Shown piece by piece: positions 1-8,651 of a stretch of 64,000 nt of DNA. The stretch is from an uncultured Bacilli bacterium. GTDB taxonomy: Bacteria > Bacillota_I > Bacilli_A > RF39 > UBA660. The position numbers and the translations under genes were made by a program. Within the stretch, counting starts at the first letter, position 1; each line of letters opens with the position of its first letter. Under the pieces are notes generated by a model. It had not been told where the DNA came from. It saw only the letters and a list, made by a program, of their open reading frames with translations, and made no database searches. The stretch covers positions 3,458 to 67,457 of the forward strand of contig CALVYK010000006.1 in the NCBI GenBank assembly GCA_944372195.1, given 5' to 3'.

Positions 1-17
1 TTGTGTGTATATATAAA

Positions 18-112
18 AGTATATACAAAATATATATAGCTCTATATATACAAAATATATATAACTCTATATATACAAAATATATATAACTCTATATATA
101 CAAAATATATAC
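18..112. repeat. 25-bp tandem repeat ctctatatatacaaaatatatataa, about 3.8 copies
   Basis: Full units read at 40-64 and 65-89; partial units at 18-39 and 90-112. Confidence 0.9.
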
Positions 113-180
113 CAAAAAAGTCAAACCGAAATTAAAAAATCTGAACAAAATTTGCAGTTCCAGGACAAAATCTGTAAAAA

Positions 181-212
181 ATGACGAGCTACGGCTACCA
201 TGACGAGCTACG
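181..212. repeat. 13-bp direct repeat atgacgagctacg x2
   Basis: Copies at 181-193 and 200-212; locally GC-richer than surroundings. Confidence 0.85.
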
Positions 213-224
213 CCATGTATAAGC

Positions 225-318
225 CTGTGTGTTAGCTTGTGTGAAGCAATTGCACATACAAAGCTTACAACATAAAATTTACAACACAAAGTTTACAACA
301 CAAAATCTGTGTGTTAGC
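225..318. repeat. Composite repeat block
   Basis: ctgtgtgttagc direct repeat at 225-236 and 307-318 flanks a gcaattgc palindrome and three 14-bp tandem units (c/t)ttacaaca(t/c)aaa(a/g) at 264-305. Confidence 0.85.
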
Positions 319-329
319 AAACAAACCTA

Positions 330-358
330 TTGACAAAATAAATATTATATGTTATAAT
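330..358 (+). promoter_or_regulatory. Sigma-A-type promoter, TTGACA-N17-TGtTATAAT
   Basis: ttgaca 330-335; extended -10 with tataat 353-358. Confidence 0.7.
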
Positions 359-364
359 AGAATT

Positions 365-418
365 AAAGATAAAATACATTAATTGTCTCCCTGCCCTGTT
401 TTATACAGGGCTTTTTTT
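365..418 (+). ncRNA. Candidate ~55-nt small RNA (unknown function)
   Basis: Lies between the consensus promoter 330-358 and an intrinsic terminator (stem gccctgt 393-399 / acagggc 405-411, T-run 412-418). It has no ATG or ORF and is on the opposite strand to all neighbouring genes. Confidence 0.45.
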
Positions 419-464
419 ATATACATGATATACATGCGAAAAGTAAATTTAAAATCGGGGTTTT

Positions 465-504
465 AAAAAATGTCAAAATAAAATTCAAAAAAGGACATGT
501 AAAA
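465..504. repeat. 40-bp dispersed repeat, copy 1 (aaaaatgtcaaaataaaatTcaaaaaaggacatgtaaaa)
   Basis: Near-identical to 10645-10684, with one visible mismatch. Confidence 0.8.
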
Positions 505-538
505 TTCGTATGTTACCATGTAAAATTTGTTGTATAAC

Positions 539-567
539 AAAAAAAGCCCATTTATATTGAATGGGCT
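539..567 (-). terminator. Intrinsic terminator after CDS 604-984
   Basis: Stem agcccat 545-551 / atgggct 561-567, followed on the minus strand by a T-run (plus-strand A-run 539-545). Confidence 0.75.
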
Positions 568-603
568 TTGTAGTAGGGGCAAAATTTAACGAAAGGAAAC
601 ATT

Positions 604-984
604 TTATAGCTTAGATATTAAGTTATTAATATAATTTATTTGTACATCAATATCTAACTTCTTAAACATTTCAATTTCAAAATTTGTAGCTTGTCTTTTT
701 TCAATTATTCTTACAAGAGTTTTAAATTGTTTAACTTTAGATGTAGGGCTTAGTTCTACGTCTGTTAAAAGCTCAAAAGCTTTTTTAAACCCTTGTTTAT
801 AGCTTATATTATATTTCATTTGTAGAATGTGTATAAATTTTTCTGCTTCATCCTCTGTTAAATCTACACTAGAAAAAACCCTAAAATGTTCAAACATTAA
901 ATCTCTATAAGTATCATCATCAAGTTTAAATTGATTTTTTAAAATATGAATTTGTGCTTTTTGGTTATTAGTCGCTGATGTCAT
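604..984 (-). CDS. Hypothetical small protein
   Basis: Track ORF 604-1023. Start moved to ATG 984 because GGAGG (992-996) lies 7 nt upstream, and the ATG at 1023 abuts the -10 box. Confidence 0.6.
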   Translation of the reverse strand: MTSATNNQKAQIHILKNQFKLDDDTYRDLMFEHFRVFSSVDLTEDEAEKFIHILQMKYNISYKQGFKKAFELLTDVELSPTSKVKQFKTLVRIIEKRQATNFEIEMFKKLDIDVQINYINNLISKL

Positions 985-1023
985 TTGTTTGCCTCCTTCT
1001 TTTTTATTTCTGTTTACATTCAT

Positions 1024-1052
1024 ATTGTAACATAGTTTATTTTACTTGTCAA
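1024..1052 (-). promoter_or_regulatory. Promoter TTGACA-N17-TGtTACAAT
   Basis: -35 at 1047-1052 and -10 at 1024-1029 (read on the minus strand). Confidence 0.7.
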
Positions 1053-1055
1053 TAA

Positions 1056-1208
1056 TTATTTTGCTCTTATCTTTCTTAATTTTGTGATTAAAATTTTTGC
1101 TTGTTGTTTGAATTTTGTTTCTTGTTTTGAGCTTATTAAGCATAGCATCATGCAATAATCAATTAACTTTAATTCATCTTCACTTAATCTTACAATAGCT
1201 TCTTTCAT
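1056..1208 (-). CDS. Hypothetical 50-aa protein (below track size cut-off)
   Basis: Hand-translated MKEAIVRLSEDELKLIDYCMMLCLISSKQETKFKQQAKILITKLRKIRAK. It fills the gap between two promoter cassettes and has a purine-rich RBS upstream. Confidence 0.5.
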   Translation of the reverse strand: MKEAIVRLSEDELKLIDYCMMLCLISSKQETKFKQQAKILITKLRKIRAK

Positions 1209-1248
1209 GTTTGTTACTTCTTTCTTTTTCATTTCTATTTACATGCTT

Positions 1249-1277
1249 ATTGTAACATAGGATGTTTAACTTGTCAA
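1249..1277 (-). promoter_or_regulatory. Promoter TTGACA-N17-TACAAT
   Basis: -35 at 1272-1277, -10 at 1249-1254. Confidence 0.65.
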
Positions 1278-1302
1278 TAGTTGGAGTTGCACCCCACTTT
1301 AA

Positions 1303-1578
1303 TTATACTCTATTGTATTTGTAGTCGTTGTAACCTCTTATTCTGCTTGTATCAGAATAGTGTGTTCTAAATTTGATGTCTATTCCATACATATCTTTAT
1401 ATCTATTGTAAAAGGTTGTTAAGTCACAGTCTTCTTCAAGGTATGCGTATTCCCCTCTTTCATAAGAGAATGATGTTATTTTATCTGCTATACCCATTTT
1501 GTGTAAGAGTTCTTTATTAACTTTCATCCAAGCATGCCCTGCATCTTCATAGACATCAAATACTTTTTTAATTCTCAT
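1303..1578 (-). CDS. Hypothetical protein
   Basis: Track ORF with its own upstream TTGACA promoter (-35 at 1656-1661). Confidence 0.6.
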   Translation of the reverse strand: MRIKKVFDVYEDAGHAWMKVNKELLHKMGIADKITSFSYERGEYAYLEEDCDLTTFYNRYKDMYGIDIKFRTHYSDTSRIRGYNDYKYNRV

Positions 1579-1668
1579 TTTGTTACCCCATCTTTTATTT
1601 ATTCTGTTGTATATTTAACTTTCAACATGTCTATTATAAACTAAAATTTTTATATTGTCAAACTTTTA

Positions 1669-1998
1669 TTAGTTATCATAGCAAAAGGTAACTTGAAAGT
1701 CGCAAAGGTTATTCTTATAACATTCCTTATTTTTTAAGCTATATATGGTGCAAATATAATTATAAGTTTCTCCGTTATATATACCACTTATACCATTTTC
1801 TAATGGGCAAATATCTTTATACTTCTTTTTAAATTCTTCTATAATCTCTTTTATAATATCTTTATTATCGCTTTTTATATTACATAATAAAGCCACCCTT
1901 GATACCCAAGGCAAATAATTAACAGTTATTGTAGCATTTTTATAATCATATTGTTCAACTAAAACAGGCTTTATATATTTATTATTTAAACTTATCAT
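1669..1998 (-). CDS. Hypothetical protein
   Basis: Track ORF; promoter -35 at 2065-2070; AGGA-type RBS. Confidence 0.6.
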   Translation of the reverse strand: MISLNNKYIKPVLVEQYDYKNATITVNYLPWVSRVALLCNIKSDNKDIIKEIIEEFKKKYKDICPLENGISGIYNGETYNYICTIYSLKNKECYKNNLCDFQVTFCYDN

Positions 1999-2083
1999 TT
2001 GTATATATCCTTTTTACCCCTTTGTTTTATCTTATGTATAAATTATACCATGCTTATTTATATTTGTCAACAATTAAACGTAA

Positions 2084-2722
2084 TTAATCACACCTATTTT
2101 CATACCAAGTTTCACCCCTTTTAACCGCTTCTGTTACATTATATAGCTTATAATAGCCATTATCAAATGAAACATATTCACATGGTTTATCGGGGTTATA
2201 AGTGCAAATTTGTAATATTTTATTTACTACCTTTTTGTTTCCTTCTTTATCTGTTACAAAAGAGTTTACAATAGGTTTAACCCTGTATGTTAAAAAGCCT
2301 GTTGTATCATAGTCTATATTAAGTTCTGTTAATTCAACTTTTCTACCTTTTATAGCCGTTACTTGGTAAAATTCATTAATTGTCATATCATAACCAAAGC
2401 TATGGTGAAAAATATCGCCTAATTTAGTCTGTATTTTATGTTCTTTTTTTATTCTTTTGTCTTGTTCTTTTTCGTCTATTCTTTTATTTGCTCTTTCGAT
2501 AACTTCTTCGATAATATCTTGTTTATATTTATTAAAATGCTCTAATGTTCTAAAACAATAATTATATCTAGGCTTTTTAGCTTTACCAACCCATGCAATT
2601 AATTTAGGTCTATCGGGGTTTTGTACATCAGTTTTAATAATTAATTGTACTTTGCCTTTGTTGTCTTTGTATACTTCATTATTTTTATCTTCTCTATCTT
2701 TAGCCCAAACATCAAACATCAT
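2084..2722 (-). CDS. Hypothetical protein
   Basis: Track ORF; leader aaagaaagaggtttaaaATG; promoter -35 at 2784-2789. Confidence 0.65.
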   Translation of the reverse strand: MMFDVWAKDREDKNNEVYKDNKGKVQLIIKTDVQNPDRPKLIAWVGKAKKPRYNYCFRTLEHFNKYKQDIIEEVIERANKRIDEKEQDKRIKKEHKIQTKLGDIFHHSFGYDMTINEFYQVTAIKGRKVELTELNIDYDTTGFLTYRVKPIVNSFVTDKEGNKKVVNKILQICTYNPDKPCEYVSFDNGYYKLYNVTEAVKRGETWYENRCD

Positions 2723-2778
2723 TTTAAACCTCTTTCTTTATTTTATAACCCTTTGATTTTATATTATCATAATTAACA

Positions 2779-3072
2779 TTATTTGTCAAGCTTTTTTTTA
2801 AAAAATTCTATTTGTATTTTTGCTAAATTGTATTCACTTTCGGTTAAATCTTCCATATCAAGTTTAATGTAGCCATTTTCTAATAATTTTGGATTGAATT
2901 TTTGGTAATACTCTTTACAAAGTTTCTTATATTCTTTTAACACAATATCTTTATTATCTTTATAATCTTGCATATCGTTCATCCATTGTAACTTGCGTAA
3001 CCTATTTTGTTCTTCTCTTTTTTGTTCAAAATATTTAATAGCATTAACATTATCATTTACAATCTTGTACAT
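2779..3072 (-). CDS. Hypothetical protein
   Basis: Track ORF; RBS aaagggg; promoter -35 at 3126-3131. Confidence 0.6.
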   Translation of the reverse strand: MYKIVNDNVNAIKYFEQKREEQNRLRKLQWMNDMQDYKDNKDIVLKEYKKLCKEYYQKFNPKLLENGYIKLDMEDLTESEYNLAKIQIEFFKKKLDK

Positions 3073-3142
3073 TATTTTACCCCTTTGTTTAACTACATGA
3101 TAATAATACCATGATTAAATTTATTTGTCAACAAGTTTTTTT

Positions 3143-3169
3143 AAAAAAAAGGTGAGTTTTAACTCACCT
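3143..3169 (-). terminator. Intrinsic terminator
   Basis: Stem aggtgag 3150-3156 / ctcacct 3163-3169 with a T-run on the minus strand. Confidence 0.75.
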
Positions 3170-3213
3170 AATGTTGCACTGATATTACGTAAATAATTCA
3201 CAATGACATTTTC

Positions 3214-3501
3214 TTAATAAGAAATATCTACTCTATAAATTTCTTCTTCATCAAAGCTCTTTTCAGAAATTGTATTATCATATTCTTTAAGTTTATCAAT
3301 GAATTTATCAATTATATCATAACCGATAATTTCAAATATTGCGCCACATTCACCTTCTAAACACCACATTCTATTTCTTGCGAAATCAATTAATTCTTCA
3401 CTTAATCTGTTATTATCAAAAGAAATAATTTCAGTTAATGTTATTGTTTTAGGACTTTTAAATTCTATATCTTGTTTGTATATTGTTGTTGTTCCGCTCA
3501 T
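3214..3501 (-). CDS. Hypothetical protein
   Basis: Track ORF preceded by the promoter-leader cassette. Confidence 0.6.
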   Translation of the reverse strand: MSGTTTIYKQDIEFKSPKTITLTEIISFDNNRLSEELIDFARNRMWCLEGECGAIFEIIGYDIIDKFIDKLKEYDNTISEKSFDEEEIYRVDISY

Positions 3502-3539
3502 TTTTTATACCTCTTTCTTTAATTTATCTTTACTATTCA

Positions 3540-3569
3540 ATTATACCATGATTAATATTTTTTTGTCAA
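3540..3569 (-). promoter_or_regulatory. Promoter TTGACA-N18-TGgTATAAT
   Basis: -35 at 3564-3569, -10 at 3540-3545. Confidence 0.7.
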
Positions 3570-4037
3570 GCATTTTTTCATTTTTTCTTTTATAGCTTCT
3601 GCATAAATAGGGTATAAATATTTATTCTTATCATTTTCAAGCCTTATAAGTAACAATTTTAAATTAAAATATTCAGCCATTAAAAAATCGTATTCCGTTA
3701 AATCATAGTCAAGGTCTGTAACATCTCTATATTTTTCTAAAAAATCGTTTCTTTCTAAAACTGCAAAATCAAGAACTTTAATAATGTTTCTATCACCCAA
3801 AAAGCTTTGATATTCATCTTCACCAAAAGCTACAATATCTTGTGGAATGTCATTTTTAAAATCATAGTCTGCTTCATACTCTATAATTTTGGTTGGAAGA
3901 ATGAATTTAATAGAATTGTCATTTTCTTTATATTCATTTACCCCAAAATCACTTCTGAAATCGCCTATATCCTCTATTATAATTTTAACATTATCGGGAA
4001 TATTCTTTAATAAGTCTTTTAATTCACCCACATTCAT
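3552..4037 (-). CDS. Hypothetical protein
   Basis: Track ORF; leader aagaaagaggtttaaaATG. Confidence 0.65.
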   Translation of the reverse strand: MNVGELKDLLKNIPDNVKIIIEDIGDFRSDFGVNEYKENDNSIKFILPTKIIEYEADYDFKNDIPQDIVAFGEDEYQSFLGDRNIIKVLDFAVLERNDFLEKYRDVTDLDYDLTEYDFLMAEYFNLKLLLIRLENDKNKYLYPIYAEAIKEKMKKCLTKKY

Positions 4038-4073
4038 TTTAAACCTCTTTCTTTATCTTGTCTTTATGAGCTT

Positions 4074-4102
4074 ATTATAACATGCTTAAAGTTTTTTGTC
4101 AA
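4074..4102 (-). promoter_or_regulatory. Promoter TTGACA-N17-TGtTATAAT
   Basis: -35 at 4097-4102, -10 at 4074-4079. Confidence 0.75.
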
Positions 4103-4374
4103 TCTCTTTTTAAAAAATTTACATATCTTGTTATTTCAATAGCCACATTATATGGTATGTTATAATCTTCAACCAATAAATCAGCTATACTAAGATTGCG
4201 TGTTTTAGATAAAATTATTAAATTATCAAAATTATTATAAGTATATTCAATTAGCTTATTAACTTTATTTTTATTATTCTTTTCCCATGCTAATCTGTAA
4301 TTTATTGCGGTTTGCATATTCTTTTTGTACATATCACGTAAGTTTTCAACATTAAATCTAGTTTTTAAGCTCAT
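4099..4374 (-). CDS. Hypothetical protein
   Basis: Track ORF 4099-4434. Start moved to M21 (ATG 4374, RBS aaggat) because a TTGACA box (4410-4415) and the upstream terminator lie inside the longer reading frame. Confidence 0.5.
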   Translation of the reverse strand: MSLKTRFNVENLRDMYKKNMQTAINYRLAWEKNNKNKVNKLIEYTYNNFDNLIILSKTRNLSIADLLVEDYNIPYNVAIEITRYVNFLKRD

Positions 4375-4426
4375 AATTTTATCCTTTAACCTTAACCATA
4401 TAAATATTTTGTCAAATGTTTTTTTA

Positions 4427-4457
4427 AAAACCAAAAGGCAGATTTTTAATCTGCCTT
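4427..4457 (-). terminator. Intrinsic terminator
   Basis: Stem aaggcagat 4435-4443 / atctgcctt 4449-4457. Confidence 0.7.
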
Positions 4458-4480
4458 GTTTTAAAGAAAGAAGGTGTTAG

Positions 4481-4711
4481 TTATAAAACCTTTTTATTTA
4501 AAAAATTGAAAAAATTAAATTTCTCTTTTTTGGGTGTTTCTAAGACGATAACATTTTTAACTGTGATAATACCTTCTTTTGAAGAAATTTTTGCTTTTTT
4601 GCCTACGCTAATAACTGTACCTGTTTTTGTAGCCATTCTACCTTTGTCATTTTGGTAAACATAAGCAACTACATCTTGAACTTTAACTTCTTTGTTTAAT
4701 AAATCTTTCAT
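4481..4711 (-). CDS. Hypothetical protein
   Basis: The track ORF begins at a TTG codon (4717). The ATG at 4711 has aagagg about 7 nt upstream. Confidence 0.6.
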   Translation of the reverse strand: MKDLLNKEVKVQDVVAYVYQNDKGRMATKTGTVISVGKKAKISSKEGIITVKNVIVLETPKKEKFNFFNFLNKKVL

Positions 4712-4810
4712 TTTCAACCTCTTTCTATTTTTTTTATTTACTACTTTATTTTTTATATCTTTATTGTACCATGCTTTTGTTATTTTGTCAAGTGTTTTTT
4801 TTAATCTATT

Positions 4811-4957
4811 TTAATTTAGGATTTGTTTTGCTTCTTTTATAAGTTCCTCTATTCTAACCCAAGTAGCTTCACCCTGATCTCCGTCTACATAGAATGCTTC
4901 TAAGAAGTCTAACATCTCTTTACTAATTTTTTTAAGTTGTTCATTATGGCATGTCAT
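4811..4957 (-). CDS. Hypothetical 48-aa protein (below track cut-off)
   Basis: Hand-translated MTCHNEQLKKISKEMLDFLEAFYVDGDQGEATWVRIEELIKEAKQILN; fills the gap between promoter boxes at 4786-4791 and 5014-5019. Confidence 0.45.
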   Translation of the reverse strand: MTCHNEQLKKISKEMLDFLEAFYVDGDQGEATWVRIEELIKEAKQILN

Positions 4958-5015
4958 TTATTTATATCCTTTATTATCTGTTACCATTTAATTATACTAC
5001 AAAGATTTTATCTTG

Positions 5016-5219
5016 TCAACTATTTATTTTTAATATGTTAATAATTTCACCTTTATATAAATATTCAGCCATGGATGTATAGCTTCTTAAATCTACATCC
5101 TTTTTATTATCCCAACCCCTACAATCTAAGAGTTTAATACATTCTTGTTTAAGTTCATCAAATGTATAAATTTTATTTTCAAGATTTCCATATCTTTTAT
5201 AATTAATTAAATACTTCAT
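5016..5219 (-). CDS. Hypothetical protein, LDCxGW paralog family
   Basis: Shares LDC(R/K)GW..K..VDLRS with CDS 6984-7247. Confidence 0.65.
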   Translation of the reverse strand: MKYLINYKRYGNLENKIYTFDELKQECIKLLDCRGWDNKKDVDLRSYTSMAEYLYKGEIINILKINS

Positions 5220-5304
5220 TTTAAACCTCTTTCTTTAATTTGTCTTTACTTTATGAGTTTATTATATCATGCTTAAAATTATTTGTCAAGATATTTTTAA
5301 TAAA

Positions 5305-5706
5305 CTATAAGCATTCACTGCCCTTTACTTTGTTGATAATGGTTTCAATGAGCATTCCAATTTGTTTACAATACTCAAATTTTTGGTCAATACTATCTTC
5401 CTCAAAATCATCAAGCATTGATTGTGCTAATCCTTTAATCTCATCAAGTGCTAATATATACTTTACTAATTTGTTTTGTTTATCAAGCATTAATAAATGT
5501 TCTTTATCTAGCTCTTTTTTCAGTTCCTCACATTCTTGCTCTTTGCGTTGAAGTTGTTTGTAGTAACAATTTTTTTCATCTATAAATTTGCAAGGTTTCA
5601 TATTATCACCGTGATTATCTCCTGTCAAAGCACAATCCTTATCCCAAGTTTTATATCTGCAACCTTTACCGTCAATTATTATTTCTTCTTTATCTGTCAT
5701 TTTCAT
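5305..5706 (-). CDS. Hypothetical coiled-coil protein, MTDKEEIII paralog family
   Basis: N-terminus MKMTDKEEIII and the KEQECE motif are shared with CDS 13100-13495 and 13648-14070. Confidence 0.65.
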   Translation of the reverse strand: MKMTDKEEIIIDGKGCRYKTWDKDCALTGDNHGDNMKPCKFIDEKNCYYKQLQRKEQECEELKKELDKEHLLMLDKQNKLVKYILALDEIKGLAQSMLDDFEEDSIDQKFEYCKQIGMLIETIINKVKGSECL

Positions 5707-5788
5707 TTTACCTTGTTACCATCTTTCTTTAATTTATCTTTAACAATTTAATATTACCATGCTTAAAATTATTTGTCAAGACTTTTTT

Positions 5789-6133
5789 TTAATCTATTTT
5801 AACTTCAATTTCAAAAATTCTTTTATCATTTTCTTTGATTTCTGCTTCTTCAATTATATTTTGTAATTGTACAATCTCTTTTTCATAAAAAGTTTTAGGA
5901 TGTTCAAAATTAAACTCTAAAGTATATTTTAAATCTGATAATAAGCTCAAAATTTCATCACTTGTAAATTTTGAAATAGTGAAAATATTAAAACTAGAGT
6001 TATATTCTTTTAAGATTGACAAAGAAACTATACAATCCTTAATAATACCATGACATACTACTTGCCATGTATCTCTGCCTTTTTCATCTTTTGATTTACC
6101 AATTCTTTCAGTTATAATTAAATCACCAATCAT
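5789..6133 (-). CDS. Hypothetical protein
   Basis: Track ORF preceded by the promoter-leader cassette. Confidence 0.6.
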   Translation of the reverse strand: MIGDLIITERIGKSKDEKGRDTWQVVCHGIIKDCIVSLSILKEYNSSFNIFTISKFTSDEILSLLSDLKYTLEFNFEHPKTFYEKEIVQLQNIIEEAEIKENDKRIFEIEVKID

Positions 6134-6206
6134 TTTTTCGCTTCTTTCTTTTAATTTATCTTTAACAATATGATATTACCATGAATAGAATTATATGTCA
6201 AGCATT

Positions 6207-6449
6207 TTATAAAACATATTCAAACTCAATTTTACCATTATAAATACCTACATGTTTATCTTTATTTTTATTAAACATAAAATGGTAAACATCACAACCG
6301 CTTAAATCTTTGGCAAATGTAACATTTTTTAATAAATCTAAGTCATACCCATTCTTTTTAAGCAATTCTCTATTAAAATAGTTTAAATCTTCTGTACCTA
6401 CAAAATTACCTTTTTGAAATGCGTATAAATTATTCAAATATATATTCAT
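6207..6449 (-). CDS. Hypothetical protein
   Basis: Track ORF; promoter -35 at 6500-6505. Confidence 0.6.
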   Translation of the reverse strand: MNIYLNNLYAFQKGNFVGTEDLNYFNRELLKKNGYDLDLLKNVTFAKDLSGCDVYHFMFNKNKDKHVGIYNGKIEFEYVL

Positions 6450-6508
6450 ATTTACCCCTTTTCTTTTAACATGTTTATTATACCATAGAAGTTTTTATTT
6501 GTCAAGAG

Positions 6509-6742
6509 TTATTTTATAAATACTGTAATCTCAATTATATCAGCCTCGTTATTATCAAAAGTATAATTGCATAATTCAATAAAATCTTTTAATTCTTCTT
6601 GTAATTCTGCGTTTACACAATCTTCTTCGGGTATGTCGTTATAATATTCTATTTTAAGATACCCTTGTAATTGTAATTTTTCAAATAAATTTTTTGAAAC
6701 ATAAACTAATCTTGTAACACTTTTAACATCTAAAAAATCCAT
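6509..6742 (-). CDS. Hypothetical protein
   Basis: Track ORF 6509-6751. The second ATG was chosen because the leader aaagaaagatgtttaaaATG matches the conserved cassette. Confidence 0.55.
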   Translation of the reverse strand: MDFLDVKSVTRLVYVSKNLFEKLQLQGYLKIEYYNDIPEEDCVNAELQEELKDFIELCNYTFDNNEADIIEITVFIK

Positions 6743-6983
6743 TTTAAACATCTTTCTTTAATTTTCTTTTAACAACTTTATGTTACCACAAATATTTTTC
6801 TTTATCAAATACATATTTTAAATGTGATTTAAGACTAGGCAAATATTATTTATGATAATTTATACATAAAATATATTTACCCCGTCTTAAAACTCATTCT
6901 AGCAGCCTTAGATTTAATATTTAATTAAATTAAATGTTTAGCATTTAAATTTAGTAAATTTGATATTGTTTATTACCTTTTAA

Positions 6984-7247
6984 TTATAATGCTCTGCTCT
7001 TGTTTCCGTATCTATAATTACGAAATTTTTTATATGAATTGCTATAACAAAAATCTACATCTCTATAATCATGGCATAAATATTCAATGCAACTTGATAC
7101 ACTTCTTAAATCTACTTTTGCTTTATCTGCCCAACCTTTACAGTCAAGCATATCAATAACTGATTCTTTTACTTCTTTAAAATCTTCGAATGCAAAAGTG
7201 TGTTTGCCTGAATTTGATGAAAAATTAACTAAAATGTATTTACTCAT
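6984..7247 (-). CDS. Hypothetical protein, LDCxGW paralog family
   Basis: Paralog of CDS 5016-5219; RBS aaagga. Confidence 0.65.
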   Translation of the reverse strand: MSKYILVNFSSNSGKHTFAFEDFKEVKESVIDMLDCKGWADKAKVDLRSVSSCIEYLCHDYRDVDFCYSNSYKKFRNYRYGNKSRAL

Positions 7248-7274
7248 AATTCTTTTGTCCTTTCACTTTAAAAA

Positions 7275-7514
7275 TTATGCTTCTATGTTTTTTTGTTTAT
7301 AATCCAAAAATGCAAATGCTAATCTTAATCTTTTAACGCTATGTTCTTTTTCGTTTGGGTCATATATTCCAAATTTTTCATACAAATTGGATAGATAAGT
7401 TTTATATGTAGATTTAGCTATAAACAATTTGTTCATAATTTGTTTATCCGAATAACATTGTGTGATTAATTCTGCAATCTCTTTTTCTCTGTTTGTTAAT
7501 TTACCTAAAAGCAT
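7275..7514 (-). CDS. LuxR/GerE-type helix-turn-helix transcription regulator
   Basis: LTNREKEIAELITQCYSDKQIMNKLFIAKSTYKTYLSNLYEKFGI matches the LuxR C-terminal HTH pattern. Confidence 0.7.
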   Translation of the reverse strand: MLLGKLTNREKEIAELITQCYSDKQIMNKLFIAKSTYKTYLSNLYEKFGIYDPNEKEHSVKRLRLAFAFLDYKQKNIEA

Positions 7515-7663
7515 TATAAAACCTTTACCTCACTAATTTTTTTACATAATTGTATTAATTTTTCTCTATATTCATTTTCTTTTTCAGATAAATTTTTATC
7601 ATCAATATGAAAATAACAATTACTTAACAAATCATACGTTAAATAAAAAATTTTGTCAATCAT
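7514..7663 (-). CDS. Hypothetical 49-aa protein (below track cut-off)
   Basis: Hand-translated MIDKIFYLTYDLLSNCYFHIDDKNLSEKENEYREKLIQLCKKISEVKVL; paralog of CDS 7670-7831. Confidence 0.5.
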   Translation of the reverse strand: MIDKIFYLTYDLLSNCYFHIDDKNLSEKENEYREKLIQLCKKISEVKVL

Positions 7664-7669
7664 TTTACT

Positions 7670-7831
7670 TTATTCCTTATTTTCAAGATATTCTGCAATT
7701 TCTTTACATAGTTCAATTATTTTTTCTCTATAAATTGCTTCGTTTTCAGAAAGTTTATTATCAATATTTGAATAACAATCTTTTAAATCGTAATATGTAT
7801 TTTCAAATCTGCAATAACTCATATTTGCCAT
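7670..7831 (-). CDS. Hypothetical 53-aa protein (below track cut-off)
   Basis: Hand-translated MANMSYCRFENTYYDLKDCYSNIDNKLSENEAIYREKIIELCKEIAEYLENKE; cassette leader aaagaggtttaaaATG. Confidence 0.55.
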   Translation of the reverse strand: MANMSYCRFENTYYDLKDCYSNIDNKLSENEAIYREKIIELCKEIAEYLENKE

Positions 7832-7900
7832 TTTAAACCTCTTTCTTTTAACTACATTATAATATTATCATGATTAAATTAGTTTGTCAAGCATTTTTAT

Positions 7901-7929
7901 AAAAAAAGCACCCATTAAATAAAGGGTGC
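7901..7929 (-). terminator. Intrinsic terminator
   Basis: Stem gcaccc 7908-7913 / gggtgc 7924-7929 plus a 7-nt T-run on the minus strand. Confidence 0.8.
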
Positions 7930-7953
7930 GATATTTTAATGAAAGGGGTCTAA

Positions 7954-8190
7954 TTAATAGTAAAGATAGTAGCATGAGCTTCTACTTTTACCACTTTGTA
8001 AACATTGTTTAAATTGTAAATTTCTTATTTTTATTTCTCTTGATGTCATTTGTGAAGTAGATTTATTTCTATTTGAATTTTTATTATCTTTTTTATTTTC
8101 TGCACCTTCACAAGATACAACACATGATATAAATACAATCCATAATAAAGTTATTGTTAAAAATATTTTAATTGCTAATTTTACACTCAT
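7954..8190 (-). CDS. Putative lipoprotein / secreted small protein
   Basis: N-terminal hydrophobic signal LTITLLWIVFISCVVSC with lipobox-like Cys residues. Confidence 0.55.
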   Translation of the reverse strand: MSVKLAIKIFLTITLLWIVFISCVVSCEGAENKKDNKNSNRNKSTSQMTSREIKIRNLQFKQCLQSGKSRSSCYYLYY

Positions 8191-8206
8191 TTTTTACTCC
8201 ATTTTG

Positions 8207-8356
8207 TTAGTCTTTAATATATTTAATTTTTATTTCATCAATAATAACCTGTAAATCTTCGATTGTTTTAACATCTCGTAATATTTCAATAACTTCATTT
8301 ACTGGTAAATCTATTTTAGCACTTAGATTAATAAATTCAGCTATTTTTTCATCCAT
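8207..8356 (-). CDS. Hypothetical small protein
   Basis: Track ORF 8207-8410. Start moved to MDEKIAEF (RBS ggagaaagg), which removes the overlap with CDS 8361-8651. Confidence 0.5.
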   Translation of the reverse strand: MDEKIAEFINLSAKIDLPVNEVIEILRDVKTIEDLQVIIDEIKIKYIKD

Positions 8357-8360
8357 TTGT

Positions 8361-8651
8361 TTAACCCTTTCTCCAACTTTGTAATTCTTTTCTATATTCA
8401 ATAATATCATTTATTATCAAATCTTGAACCGAAATATTGTAGTTAATTTCTTTAACATATCTTTCAAAAGACATACCTTCTAAACATGGCTCATTCAAAG
8501 TCTTTTGTACTATATTCCCTTTTTTAATTAGTTCTTTTAAAGATTTCTTTTCATCTTTTGTTAAATTTTTAACTGGATATTGTTTATTCATATTTTCAAT
8601 AAATGTTTTCCAACCTAATGTTCTACGATTTTCAAACTCTTTTAAACTCAC
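8361..8651 (-). CDS. Hypothetical protein
   Basis: Track ORF with a GTG start behind the cassette leader agaaagaggtaaagcGTG. Confidence 0.55.
   Translation of the reverse strand: MSLKEFENRRTLGWKTFIENMNKQYPVKNLTKDEKKSLKELIKKGNIVQKTLNEPCLEGMSFERYVKEINYNISVQDLIINDIIEYRKELQSWRKG

Noticed and set aside
92-289. Track ORF 92-289 (-) in the left repeat block
   Set aside because: It is composed of translated tandem/direct repeats, has no RBS or promoter, and the region behaves as non-coding.
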